Shown in pieces: positions 8,972-18,080 of a DNA stretch of 32,000 bases. The DNA comes from Mycobacterium leprae TN (GTDB lineage Bacteria; Actinomycetota; Actinomycetes; Mycobacteriales; Mycobacteriaceae), in assembly GCF_000195855.1 (NCBI RefSeq), contig NC_002677.1, positions 990,001-1,022,000 on the forward strand, given 5' to 3'. The stretch's first letter is position 1; each line of letters opens with the position of its first letter. The translations under genes and the position numbers were made by a program. Below the pieces are notes generated by a model, which had not been told where the DNA came from, made no database searches, and was given only the letters and a program-made list of their open reading frames with translations.

Positions 8972-9895
8972 ATGACGTCGGCTCAGAATGAGTCTCAGGC
9001 ACTCGGCGATCTTGCTGCCGGGCAACTAGCCAACGCGACAAAAACTGTACCACAGCTCTCAACTATTACGCCGCGTTGGTTGCTGCATTTGCTCAACTGG
9101 GTTCCGGTGGAAGCGGGTGTCTATCGGGTGAACCGCGTGGTCAACCCCGAGCGGGTTGCAGTCAAAGCCGAGGCTGGCGCCGGCACCGAGGCACCGCTGC
9201 CGGAGACCTTCGTCGACTACGAGACCAGTCCGCGGGAATACACGCTGCGCACGATTTCGACGTTGCTAGATATTCACACACGGGTGTCGGATCTATACTC
9301 CAGCCCACATGACCAGATTACCCAACAACTGCGGCTGACCATCGAGACCATCAAGGAAAGGCAGGAGTGCGAGCTGGTCAACAGTCCCGAGTTCGGGTTG
9401 CTCGCGCAGGTGACTCCGGAGCAGACGATCCGGACTTTTGCCGGTGCTCCCACGCCCGACGACCTTGACGCACTGATTACCAAGGTCTGGAAGATGCCGA
9501 GCTTTTTCCTGACGCATCCGCAGGGCATCGCCGCGTTCGGCCGCGAGGCCACCTACCGTGGTGTGCCGCCCGTAGTCGTGAGCCTGTTCGGCGCACAGTT
9601 CATCACCTGGCGTGGCATTCCGCTGATCCCGTCGGACAAAGTCCCGGTGCAGGACGGTGAAACCAAGTTCATCTTGGTGCGCACTGGTGAGGAACGTCAG
9701 GGCGTGGTTGGGCTGTTCCAACCGGGCTTGGTCGGTGAGCAGGCGCCGGGACTGTCGGTGCGGTTCACTGGCATCAACCAGGCAGCGATCGCGACCTACT
9801 TGGTCACCCTCTACACGTCCTTGGCTGTCCTCACTGACGATGCGTTGGCTGTGCTTGACAACGTAGCTGTGGATCAGTTCCATGAGTACAAGTGA
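8972..9895 (+). CDS. mmpI: Family 2A encapsulin shell protein (M. leprae 35-kDa major membrane protein I)
   Basis: ORF 8879..9895 trimmed to the ATG at 8972, which follows the SD-like GGAAGGA (8960-8966), giving 307 aa. The strings QLANATKTVPQLSTITPRWLLHLLNWVPVEAGVYRVNRV, PETFVDYETSPREY, DLYSSPHDQITQQLRLTIE and LAVLTDDALAVLDNV are the hallmark blocks I recall from Family 2A encapsulins (Synechococcus SrpI type). A desulfurase gene overlaps its 3' end. Confidence 0.9.
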   Translation: MTSAQNESQALGDLAAGQLANATKTVPQLSTITPRWLLHLLNWVPVEAGVYRVNRVVNPERVAVKAEAGAGTEAPLPETFVDYETSPREYTLRTISTLLDIHTRVSDLYSSPHDQITQQLRLTIETIKERQECELVNSPEFGLLAQVTPEQTIRTFAGAPTPDDLDALITKVWKMPSFFLTHPQGIAAFGREATYRGVPPVVVSLFGAQFITWRGIPLIPSDKVPVQDGETKFILVRTGEERQGVVGLFQPGLVGEQAPGLSVRFTGINQAAIATYLVTLYTSLAVLTDDALAVLDNVAVDQFHEYK

Positions 9896-11786
9896 GTACC
9901 GGCCGGTAGACGCCGAAGACGAGTTGTTCGTCAGTGCTGCCCAACTTGCCGTGCGGGCCACGCAGCTGTATGCGGCCAGCTTTCGGCCCGGGTTTGACAG
10001 CCCGCCGCAGCTGGTGCCTGTTGCCCTGCGCGGCAGCGCGCCAGACACGACGACTGTGGCGTCGGCTGGCGAGTTAGCCGTGGGCACCACTGATCCGTGC
10101 CCGGCACCAGTTGCGCAGATCGGTGTCGCTGACGTCTATGTCCCAGCGCCGACGTCACCCGAGCCCGAAGGATTACCACAGGTGGCACCAGTCTTCTCAC
10201 GCGGCAATGTCCCCGACACCACGGCGGTGCCGGCGGCGGCCGGGACAACCGTGGGTGTGGCCGATCCCTATCTGCCGCCCGGGGTAGGTCACCTGAGTGG
10301 GTTCGCAGTGCCCAGCCACGGTATCGTGCCCACCGTTCCTGGCGTGTTGGCCGGCGGGCCGCCGACTGCTCCGGTGGCCCCGCGCAATTCGGCGCCTGTT
10401 TTGCGGCCCGAGTGGCCGTACCATGTGCCGTCGGTGAGTGATTTGGACTGGTTTGATGCGGTGCCAGCGGGTGTGCCTGGAGGCGACGAACACAATTACA
10501 ATTTTCTGATCGCAGCCCCCCAAGTGCCTCGGTTGGCCGATGAACACGAGATGGTCGACGTCTTCGATATTCAGGCCGTGCGGGCGGACTTTCCGATTCT
10601 GCAGGAGACCGTCAACGGCAAGCCGTTGATCTGGTTCGACAATGCCGCGACCACCCAGAAGCCGCAGGTAGTCATCGACCGACTGTCTTACTTCTATGCC
10701 CACGAAAACTCCAACATTCACCGCGCGGCGCATGAACTGGCGGCTCGGGCCACCGATGCTTACGAGGAAGCCCGGGAAACAGCACGGCGTTTTATCGGTG
10801 CAGCCAAGGCCCAAGAGATCATCTTCGTGCGCGGTACTACTGAAGCGATTAACCTGGTTGCCTATGCGTGGGGGGGTAAGCATTTGCAACCTGGTGACGA
10901 GGTAGTCATCACTCATCTCGAACATCACGCTAATATCGTTCCTTGGCAATTGCTTTCGTCACAAACTGGGGCAATCCTGAAAGTCGCACCGGTTGACGAT
11001 GCGGGCAACTTGTTAATGTCGGAATTCGAGGATCTGCTGGGTCCCAGAACGAAGTTGGTGGCTGCGACTCAGGTGTCGAACGCATTAGGCACGGTTACAC
11101 AAGGTGAGAAGATCGTTGAGTTGGGTCATCGCTACGGTGCTCGGGTGCTGATCGACGGCGCACAGTCGATTCCGCATCTGCCGATCAATGTCTCCGAGCT
11201 CGGCGCCGATTTCTTCGTGTTTTCCGGACATAAGATTTACGGCCCCACCGGGATCGGTGTGCTTTACGGGTGCGAGGATGTGCTGACGGAGATGCCACCG
11301 TGGCAGGGCGGTGGCAACATGATCGTCGATGTGACGCTGGAACGGTCGCTATATCAGGGGCCGCCCAACAAGTTTGAGGCCGGCACCGGGAATATCGCTG
11401 ACGCCGTCGGACTGGGGGAGGCGCTGCGTTACGTCGAGCGGGTGGGCGTCCAGCGTATTGCGTCCCATGAGCAAGCACTGCTCGACTATGCGACACCTCG
11501 GCTGGCCGACATACCCGGTGTTCGCCTGGTGGGCACCGCAACGGAGAAAGCCAGCGTGCTGTCGTTCGTGCTGGCTGGACACGAGCCGCTAGAGGTGGGC
11601 AAGGCACTCAATGCCGAAGGGATTGCGGTGCGTGCTGGTCATCATTGCGCACAGCCAGTTCTGCGGCGCCTTGGGTTGGAGGCCACGGTTCGCCCATCGT
11701 TCGCCTTTTACAACACATACGAAGAGATCGACGTCTTCATCAATGTGGTGCGTCGGATCGCAGAGGGCGGTACCAATATCGGCTGA
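9882..11786 (+). CDS. SufS/CsdA-type cysteine desulfurase with ~225-aa disordered N-terminal cargo-loading extension
   Basis: Intact 634-aa ORF whose ATG at 9882 overlaps the encapsulin stop by 14 nt. Residues ~226-634 read VRADFPIL..WFDNAATTQKP..THLEHHANIVPW..FSGHKIYGPTGIGVLYG (PLP Lys451)..RAGHHCAQP (catalytic Cys589). Residues 1-225 are Pro/Ala/Val/Gly/Thr-rich with no enzyme-like sequence. Confidence 0.92.
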   Translation: MSTSEYRPVDAEDELFVSAAQLAVRATQLYAASFRPGFDSPPQLVPVALRGSAPDTTTVASAGELAVGTTDPCPAPVAQIGVADVYVPAPTSPEPEGLPQVAPVFSRGNVPDTTAVPAAAGTTVGVADPYLPPGVGHLSGFAVPSHGIVPTVPGVLAGGPPTAPVAPRNSAPVLRPEWPYHVPSVSDLDWFDAVPAGVPGGDEHNYNFLIAAPQVPRLADEHEMVDVFDIQAVRADFPILQETVNGKPLIWFDNAATTQKPQVVIDRLSYFYAHENSNIHRAAHELAARATDAYEEARETARRFIGAAKAQEIIFVRGTTEAINLVAYAWGGKHLQPGDEVVITHLEHHANIVPWQLLSSQTGAILKVAPVDDAGNLLMSEFEDLLGPRTKLVAATQVSNALGTVTQGEKIVELGHRYGARVLIDGAQSIPHLPINVSELGADFFVFSGHKIYGPTGIGVLYGCEDVLTEMPPWQGGGNMIVDVTLERSLYQGPPNKFEAGTGNIADAVGLGEALRYVERVGVQRIASHEQALLDYATPRLADIPGVRLVGTATEKASVLSFVLAGHEPLEVGKALNAEGIAVRAGHHCAQPVLRRLGLEATVRPSFAFYNTYEEIDVFINVVRRIAEGGTNIG

Positions 11787-11910
11787 TCGGTCGTCCTTTA
11801 TACTCTACTGCATTTAGGTTGTTGAGCCTTGGGCCTGACGCGGACTTCGGCGAAACAAACGGTAGGTTCATAGGCTTCGCTAAGCTCGCGGGGCAGGTCG
11901 TCAGCTGGTC

Positions 11911-12398
11911 ATGATGTTGCTGGCTTTGTGCCCAGGTCTGGCTAGCACCGGATGTGGATGGAAGCCGCAGACACCATCACCACCGCCTCTCGACACATGC
12001 AAAGTCTCCGACGGATCGACGACCCAGACAGTGCAGCAGGCCATCATCTTAGTTCCGATCCTGACAGCTGGATCGATCTGGGTCGAAATGCCCGGGGACA
12101 TACCCAGAATTGCTATTTGTAGTGGGTGCAGATCATCCCCTACCATTGCTACCGAATCGACTCCCCAGCAGTTGTTGTTTTTCGACCACAACACCCGGCT
12201 GGGTGCACCGACCCGGAACCCGAAGGCCTATAACCCTATATAACTGTGCTGCCTCCTGGCGAGGAGGCGGTGACGGTTCAGTATCGATGGCGGGTCGGCA
12301 ATGAGCAGCCGTGCTGCCCTAACGGTATTGGCACAGTGCGATTCCAGATTGGATCCGACGGCAAGCTGAAAACTCTCGGCACGATCCCGCACCAGTAG
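11911..12398 (+). pseudogene. lppP: LppP-like lipoprotein gene, apparently frameshifted
   Basis: It has a signal/lipobox-like N-terminus (MMLLALCPGLASTGCG). Frame 1 ends at TAA 12241-12243. The C-terminal part (VLPPGEEAVTVQYRWRVGNEQPCCPNGIGTVRFQIGSDGKLKTLGTIPHQ, stop at 12396-12398) is in another frame that opens only after 12233. Its position next to narK matches lppP-narK1 adjacency in M. tuberculosis as I recall it. Confidence 0.5.
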
Positions 12399-12558
12399 TC
12401 TTGGTGCGCTGATTTTTTTGGCTCAACGGTTCGCCCAGATAGGCAGAGTTTTCAGGAGTTCTACAGGAGGTTCAGGCTCTCCGGGATGCGTTTCGCGCCC
12501 CGAAGCCTGTCACCCTTGGGCGTCCGTGGCTTTAGGCGCAGCTGGGTTAAGGAGGGTG

Positions 12559-14112
12559 ATGGATCAGCTGGTGTTGCTGCAAGCCGAGGAGTCGCTGTAC
12601 GGCCCCGGTCGCAGATCGAAAACTGTACCGATTGACCATCGGCACAGTCTAAAGTCGAGCTTTTTCCGGCTGCGTTTGAGGAGAGCGTGTCGCATCTCGC
12701 ATTGGGACCCCGAGGATCAAGCGGCTTGGGAGGCTGGCAACAAAACCATCGCCCGGCTCAATCTGCTCTGGTCGGTCCTGACCGTCCACCTGGGGTATTC
12801 GGTGTGGACGCTCTGGCCGGTGATGGAGCTGTTCATGCCCAAGGACGTATATGGCTTTTCCGCGGGTGACAAGTTTCTGCTCGCTACCACCGCAACCTTG
12901 GTTGGGGCGTGCCTGCGGGTGCCGTACTCGTTGGCCACCGCACTTTTCGGTGGCCGCAACTGGGCGATTTTCTCGGTGATGGTGCTGTTGATCCCCACTA
13001 TTGCCACCATGGTGCTGTTGGCTCATCCAGGCTTGCCGCTTTGGCCTTATCTGGCGTGCGCGGCACTGACCGGCTTGGGCGGCGGTAATTTCGCGGCGTC
13101 GATGACTAACGCCAACGCCTTCTACCCGCATCGGCTCAAGGGTGCGGCATTCGGGCTCGCTGGTGGGGCCGGCAACCTTGGGGTGTCGGTGATCCAGGTG
13201 GTCGGGATGCTGGTCATCGCCAGCGTCGGTGACCGAAAGCCTTACATTGTGTGTGGACTTTATGTGGTGCTGTTGATAATCGCCGGGATCGGAGCAATGT
13301 TGTTCATGAACGACATTGAGCATCACCGTATCGGGGTGAACACCATCCGGCCAGTACTGTTCGTCGTGGTTTCCACGCGTGATAGCTGGGTTCTCGCGCT
13401 GCTCTACCTGGCGAGTTTCGGTTCGTTCATCGGTTTTTCATTCGCATTCGGCCAGGTGCTGGAAACCAACTTCGTCGCCGGCGGACAAAGTACGGCTCAG
13501 GCCGCGTTGCACGCCGCTGAGCTTGCATTCATCGGACCGACGTTGGCCGCGGTAGCCCGGTTTTGGGGTGGCCGACTGGCCGACCGACTTGGAGGGAGTC
13601 GCGTCACCCTGGTGGTCTTCGGTGCCATGGTTTTTGCCGCCGGGTTGCTGGGTGTACTGGGCATAATTGAGGGCTCACGCGTGTGCCCGATCAGGGGTGT
13701 CATGATGGCCAGCTACTTCGCTGGATTCATCACTCTGTTCATCTTGTCTGGGTTGGGCAATGGATCGGTGTACAAGATGATCCCGACAATTTTCGAGGCC
13801 TGCAGCCATTCCCTGGGAATCAACGACGACGAGTGCCGCGACTGGTCACGAGTGATTTCCGGGGTCGTCATTGGCTTTGTCGCGGAGGTCGGCGCACTCG
13901 GCGGTGTTGGGATCGACCTGGCGTTGCGAGAGTCCTACCTCAACACTGGCGGGGTTACCGCAGCGTTTTGGATATTCATGTTGTGCTATGCCGCGGCCGG
14001 TGTCCTGACCTGGAAGATGTACGTGTGTCGACCATTGCCAGGCAACTTGCACGACGAAGCGGCTAATGCGTTTGCGGCCAGCGTCGGAGCCAGCAGAACT
14101 CACCGGGGCTGA
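12559..14112 (+). CDS. narK: NarK-type nitrate/nitrite MFS transporter
   Basis: ORF 12418..14112 trimmed to the ATG at 12559, preceded by AAGGAGG (12549-12555), giving 517 aa. It is multi-helical and hydrophobic. Both nitrate-signature motifs are present: LGGGNFAASMTN..GLAGGAGNLGVS and GLGNGSVYKMIP. Confidence 0.88.
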   Translation: MDQLVLLQAEESLYGPGRRSKTVPIDHRHSLKSSFFRLRLRRACRISHWDPEDQAAWEAGNKTIARLNLLWSVLTVHLGYSVWTLWPVMELFMPKDVYGFSAGDKFLLATTATLVGACLRVPYSLATALFGGRNWAIFSVMVLLIPTIATMVLLAHPGLPLWPYLACAALTGLGGGNFAASMTNANAFYPHRLKGAAFGLAGGAGNLGVSVIQVVGMLVIASVGDRKPYIVCGLYVVLLIIAGIGAMLFMNDIEHHRIGVNTIRPVLFVVVSTRDSWVLALLYLASFGSFIGFSFAFGQVLETNFVAGGQSTAQAALHAAELAFIGPTLAAVARFWGGRLADRLGGSRVTLVVFGAMVFAAGLLGVLGIIEGSRVCPIRGVMMASYFAGFITLFILSGLGNGSVYKMIPTIFEACSHSLGINDDECRDWSRVISGVVIGFVAEVGALGGVGIDLALRESYLNTGGVTAAFWIFMLCYAAAGVLTWKMYVCRPLPGNLHDEAANAFAASVGASRTHRG

Positions 14113-14115
14113 AGC

Positions 14116-14830
14116 TCAGACGGGCAGATTCTCGAAGTGCGGCATCTCGGCGTAACGCAACTGCTTTGGGACTCCGAAAACCGTCGACCAACGTCTCGGC
14201 ATAGGGCTGCAGCGCTCGGCATCGGTCTGCTCCCCTTGGCGATCGCCTTTAGTGCGCTCGGTGGAGAGGTATCGATGCTCGATGTACCATGCCTTGCCTT
14301 TACTGACAACGCATACAAGTCGCACACGATGTCTAGCAATTTGCGAGCCGCTGGGTCGTTGCATGATTCGATGCCGGCTAGGAACGTTTCCAATACCACT
14401 CGGTCGGTGTGCTCGTTTGCCGCGTGCAGCAAGTGATCCTGCACGGTGTTGAATGTGTCGAAAGCGAACATCTCTTTGGATTTGACCTGCCGCCGGCGCG
14501 CGACCGCGGATAGCAGACAGTCTTCGCACTTCTCGAAGATAGTGCCTTGGGTGCCGCGGTTGAATAGGCTGCCCTTCTTTTCGCTGTCTTGGCGGGCGCC
14601 CACCATTCTCTGCAAAATTGTTTCGGTTGCAGTCCGTTTTGTTACCCGCTCACTGGCAGCGTTGGTCGGGCGAAGCGGCACTTCATTCGAGTTCGAGCGG
14701 GCGCATACATGTTTATATCGTCAACGTAAGCGCGCGTAGCGGCAGTTGCTCTTCGGCGTCGTTGCCGCTTATTTGCCTGGTTCGCTTGTGGCAGTTGTCA
14801 GGTGATGCTCCCGTAGCCGATAGAGGATAA
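14116..14830 (-). pseudogene. acyl-CoA oxidase/dehydrogenase-like pseudogene (C-terminal part)
   Basis: Two minus-strand frames carry consecutive pieces: ..FNTVQDHLLHAANEHTDRVVLETFLAGIESCNDPAARKLLDIVCDLYALSV, then GKAWYIEHRYLSTERTKGD..VFGVPKQLRYAEMP. This resembles the C-terminal helical domain of actinobacterial acyl-CoA oxidases. It is frameshifted and the upstream extent is unknown. Confidence 0.5.
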
Positions 14831-15329
14831 GCCCGGCCGCAACATCGTTACCTCGTTGTGGGGCAATTGCACCATGAAAGTGATGGTCAGCTTAGGCATA
14901 TATCTTATATCCTGCGTTTGTCGCCACTGAGTCGACCCTGTGCAGATCTACGGTGGACGCTGGTGCTGCGGAAGCTCCACTGCGTCGGGATGAACTAAAA
15001 TATCTGCTGGAACCACCACTTGCCTACCACGGCAACCAGGCTTCTGGTGAACAGCAGTGCTGCCAGGATTATCGGCCTAAGTAGTGGCAAGACCTCCTGC
15101 AGCAGGCTCACCAGTGCCGGCACGGTGATCGCCGAGATGATGCCTATGGCGGCGACGTTCCCTTAGAGCTCGACATTGGGGTTGTGCAACAGCACGGCGT
15201 CGTACACCGGCTAACCTTTGAGGTTGACGATGATGGCGGTCAGGATAGCGGCAGTGACGTCAGAGACGATCTACCTTGTGGAGCCGATAAGGTCGGCTGC
15301 TGTCGAGAATCCTACGGGTCCGTTCACGG

Positions 15330-15790
15330 TGGAAAGTATGGGCTCTGAAACCATGTTGCGGCTGGCCAAGGTGGGGGCCCATCCTAACCGCGGCAACGTT
15401 GCCGCGGTTAGGATCTCGATGGTCTCATGCGAGTTAGGGCCGTTCGAGTTTGCCCGGTCCAGGTTGGACTTGCCGGGGAGCAGTGAGTGTCAGTGCCGCA
15501 AACACGAATGGCCGGACCGGTCGGGAAGACAAAGTAAATGCGGTCGGCCCGGACCGCGTTCAGTGTGTTTATCCTTTGGGGCGTGGTGGCGGATTCGGAC
15601 AGCACGGCCATCTTCGATGGTCGATGGTTCGGGTAACTAGGCTGGCATCCTGGAGTCGTCGCGCCTGCGTGGTCATCGTTGGTTGGCGAACAGTGATCGA
15701 CAGCGGCCAGGTCACCGATGTGTGCGTCACCGTGGGCTTCTATAATGGCTAGCACCTTGGCTTGCGTAGAAGGCAATGGCGTTTAGATGC
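15330..15790 (-). pseudogene. MarR-family regulator pseudogene
   Basis: The minus-strand fragment STQAKVLAIIEAHGDAHIGDLAAVDHCSP looks like a winged-HTH. A frame switch leads to ..STIEDGRAVRIRHHAPKD, which resembles the DP-DRR wing. Frameshifts are present and the boundaries are rough. Confidence 0.4.
15381..15414. repeat. perfect 34-bp palindrome
   Basis: In atcctaaccgcggcaac|gttgccgcggttaggat the two halves are exact reverse complements, checked by hand. It lies inside pseudogene debris. Confidence 0.95.
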
Positions 15791-16034
15791 GCTGTGTAGT
15801 CAATAGGTTCAGCTGCGTGGCCACCGTTCGTGGGTCCACTTTCAAGCCTTCTTGGGCTCAAATGTTCGTGGGTTCGCTGACCTTGGCGTCACGTGCCCGA
15901 TGCAGATGGATCTATGCATCCATCGTCGTATGGCTTTGCTATGCCAGGCCACTAGGCGATGCCATCGCTGGAAAACCCAACTGGGTCGGTGCGCTGCGCC
16001 GGACTTAGCCCCAGGGACTGGCACAATTGGTAAA

Positions 16035-18080
16035 GTGACCGCGCACGATCCACGCCATTTGCATCATCGGAGCGGATCGCTGCAACCGGGTGAATTGGCA
16101 CAAGCTTCGGTCTTGGCAGCCCTGTGCGCGGTCACCGCGATCGTCTCGGTCGTGGTCCCCTTCGCGGCCGGACTAGCCTTGCTTGGTACCGTGCCCATGG
16201 GCTTGCTCGCCTACCGCTACCGCTTCCGTGTGCTGATGACCGCGATGGTTGCGGCCGGGGTAATTGCCTTTCTGATCACCGGGTTGGGCGGTTTCATAGC
16301 TGTTGTCAACAGCGCTTATATCGGCGGGTTGACCGGAGTCGTCAAGCGTAAAGGCCAGGGCACACTAACGGTGATTGCGCTTGCCCTGTTCGCCGGATTG
16401 GCTTTCGGCGCCGCCAACGTTGTTGCGCTGGTCGTGCTCGGCCGGCTGCGGCACTTGATCTTTAAAGCGATGACTGCAAACGTGGATGGCATTGCGGCCA
16501 CCCTGACTTGGATGCATCTGCCGTGGGTCGCGGTCCAGCTAAAGCGGTATTTCGCTGACGGGTTGCAGCACTGGCCGTGGATGCTGCTCGGCTATTTTGT
16601 CATCACCATTCTGGTCGTGTCGTTGATCGGTTGGTGGGTCTTATCGCGCGTGCTGGAGCGGATTCGTGACATCCCCGACGTCCATAAACTGGACGCCCCA
16701 AGCGCTTGCAACGAGGATGCTCCTGTCGGGCCAGTTCCGGTGTGGCTAGACAAGGTGCGCTTCCGTTACCCTCACGCCGGTCAAGACGCGTTGCGTGAGG
16801 TCAGTTTGGACCTGCGGGTCGGTGAACATGTGGCGGTCACTGGTGCCAACGGTTCCGGGAAGACCACGCTGATGCTGATCCTTGCCGGCAGGGAACCGAC
16901 GTCGGGCACAGTGGATCGTCCGGGCGCGGTGGGTTTGGGCAAGCTCGGTGGCACTGCCGTTGTTCTGCAACACCCCGAAAGCCAGGTTCTGGGCACCCGG
17001 GTCGCCGACGATGTGGTGTGGGGGTTGCCGCCGGGAACCGATGTCGACGTCAACCGGTTACTTCGGGAGGTCGGCCTCGACGCATTCGCCGAACGCGACA
17101 CCGGTAGCCTCTCCGGCGGTGAACTGCAGCGCCTCGCACTGGCAGCGGCCTTAGCCCGAGAGCCATCGCTGTTGATCGCCGACGAAGTCACCAGCATGGT
17201 TGACCGACAGGGCCGGGATGCCTTGCTGGGTGTGCTATCCGGTCTCACCAAACGACACCCCATCGCCTTGGTACACATCACACACTACAACAACGAAGCC
17301 GATACCGCTGATCGAACGATCAACCTCAGTGATTCACCCGACAACGCCGGCATGGCTGAGACCGTTGCGCCACCGGTGTCGACCGTTGCGGTGGATCACC
17401 GCCCGCACGCACCGGTACTCGAACTTGTAGGTGTTGGCCACGAATACGGCAGCGGTACTCCATGGGCCAAGGCCGCGCTACACGATATCAGCTTCGTGGT
17501 CAGGCAGGGAGATGGGGTACTGGTGTATGGGAGTAACGGCTCGGGCAAGTCGACGCTGGCGTGGATCATGGCCGGATTGATGGTTCCCACGACCGGTGCA
17601 TGCCTGATCGATGGTCGGCCCACTCACGAGCACGTCGGCGCCGTAGCATTGTCTTTCCAGGCTGCCAGGTTGCAGCTTATGCGCAGTCGCGTTGATTTGG
17701 AAGTGGCTTCGGCGGCAGGCTTTTCGCCCCGTGACGAAGACCGCGTGGCTGCCGCACTGGGCGTTGTCGGGCTAGATCCCGCGCTGGCCAAACGGCGCAT
17801 CGACCAGCTCAGCGGCGGCCAGATGCGCCGGGTTGTGCTGGCCGGTCTGTTAGCGTGTTCGCCGCGCGCGTTGATACTTGACGAGCCACTGGCGGGGTTG
17901 GATGCGGTCAGCCAGCGTGGCCTGCTGCGGTTGCTGGAGGACCTGCGCTGTGAGCGGGGTCTGACGGTGGTCGTTACTTCCCATGACTTCGTCGGGTTGG
18001 AGGACGTGTGTCCGCGCACCGTACATTTGCGTAATGGTGCGTTGGAATCGGTGTCGACCACCGCTGGTGGTACGTCGTGA
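16035..18080 (+). CDS. ECF/ABC transporter fusion protein: N-terminal membrane domain plus two ATPase domains
   Basis: This is ORF 15852..18080. I prefer the GTG at 16035 as start because the upstream residues are Cys/Arg/Trp-rich and look non-coding; ATG 15930 is the alternative. About 5 hydrophobic helices come first. ATPase 1 has Walker [10 protein letters not shown], signature LSGGELQR and Walker [10 protein letters not shown]. ATPase 2 has [17 protein letters not shown] and [10 protein letters not shown]. Confidence 0.85.
   Translation: MTAHDPRHLHHRSGSLQPGELAQASVLAALCAVTAIVSVVVPFAAGLALLGTVPMGLLAYRYRFRVLMTAMVAAGVIAFLITGLGGFIAVVNSAYIGGLTGVVKRKGQGTLTVIALALFAGLAFGAANVVALVVLGRLRHLIFKAMTANVDGIAATLTWMHLPWVAVQLKRYFADGLQHWPWMLLGYFVITILVVSLIGWWVLSRVLERIRDIPDVHKLDAPSACNEDAPVGPVPVWLDKVRFRYPHAGQDALREVSLDLRVGEHVAVTGANGSGKTTLMLILAGREPTSGTVDRPGAVGLGKLGGTAVVLQHPESQVLGTRVADDVVWGLPPGTDVDVNRLLREVGLDAFAERDTGSLSGGELQRLALAAALAREPSLLIADEVTSMVDRQGRDALLGVLSGLTKRHPIALVHITHYNNEADTADRTINLSDSPDNAGMAETVAPPVSTVAVDHRPHAPVLELVGVGHEYGSGTPWAKAALHDISFVVRQGDGVLVYGSNGSGKSTLAWIMAGLMVPTTGACLIDGRPTHEHVGAVALSFQAARLQLMRSRVDLEVASAAGFSPRDEDRVAAALGVVGLDPALAKRRIDQLSGGQMRRVVLAGLLACSPRALILDEPLAGLDAVSQRGLLRLLEDLRCERGLTVVVTSHDFVGLEDVCPRTVHLRNGALESVSTTAGGTS

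Noticed and set aside
9293-10949. Long antisense ORFs (9293..10090, 265 aa; 10197..10949, 250 aa) opposite the encapsulin and desulfurase genes
   Set aside because: Their Arg/Pro/Gly/Ser-rich, low-complexity composition is typical of shadow ORFs on the antisense strand of GC-rich coding DNA. There is no recognisable family and no plausible start context, while the sense-strand genes have strong family signatures.
12418-12558. N-terminal extension of narK from the listed TTG start at 12418
   Set aside because: The extension is Arg/Ser/Gly-rich and non-hydrophobic, whereas the ATG at 12559 has a near-perfect AAGGAGG Shine-Dalgarno sequence and gives a length typical of NarK proteins.
15940-16034. 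Possible cobalamin-riboswitch B12-box-like string (agccccagggactggca) upstream of the ECF transporter
   Set aside because: It only loosely resembles the B12 box, and I could not find the other conserved riboswitch elements (GGTG-AA-TCC core, GCCACTG) in the appropriate arrangement. A covariance-model scan (Rfam) would settle this.
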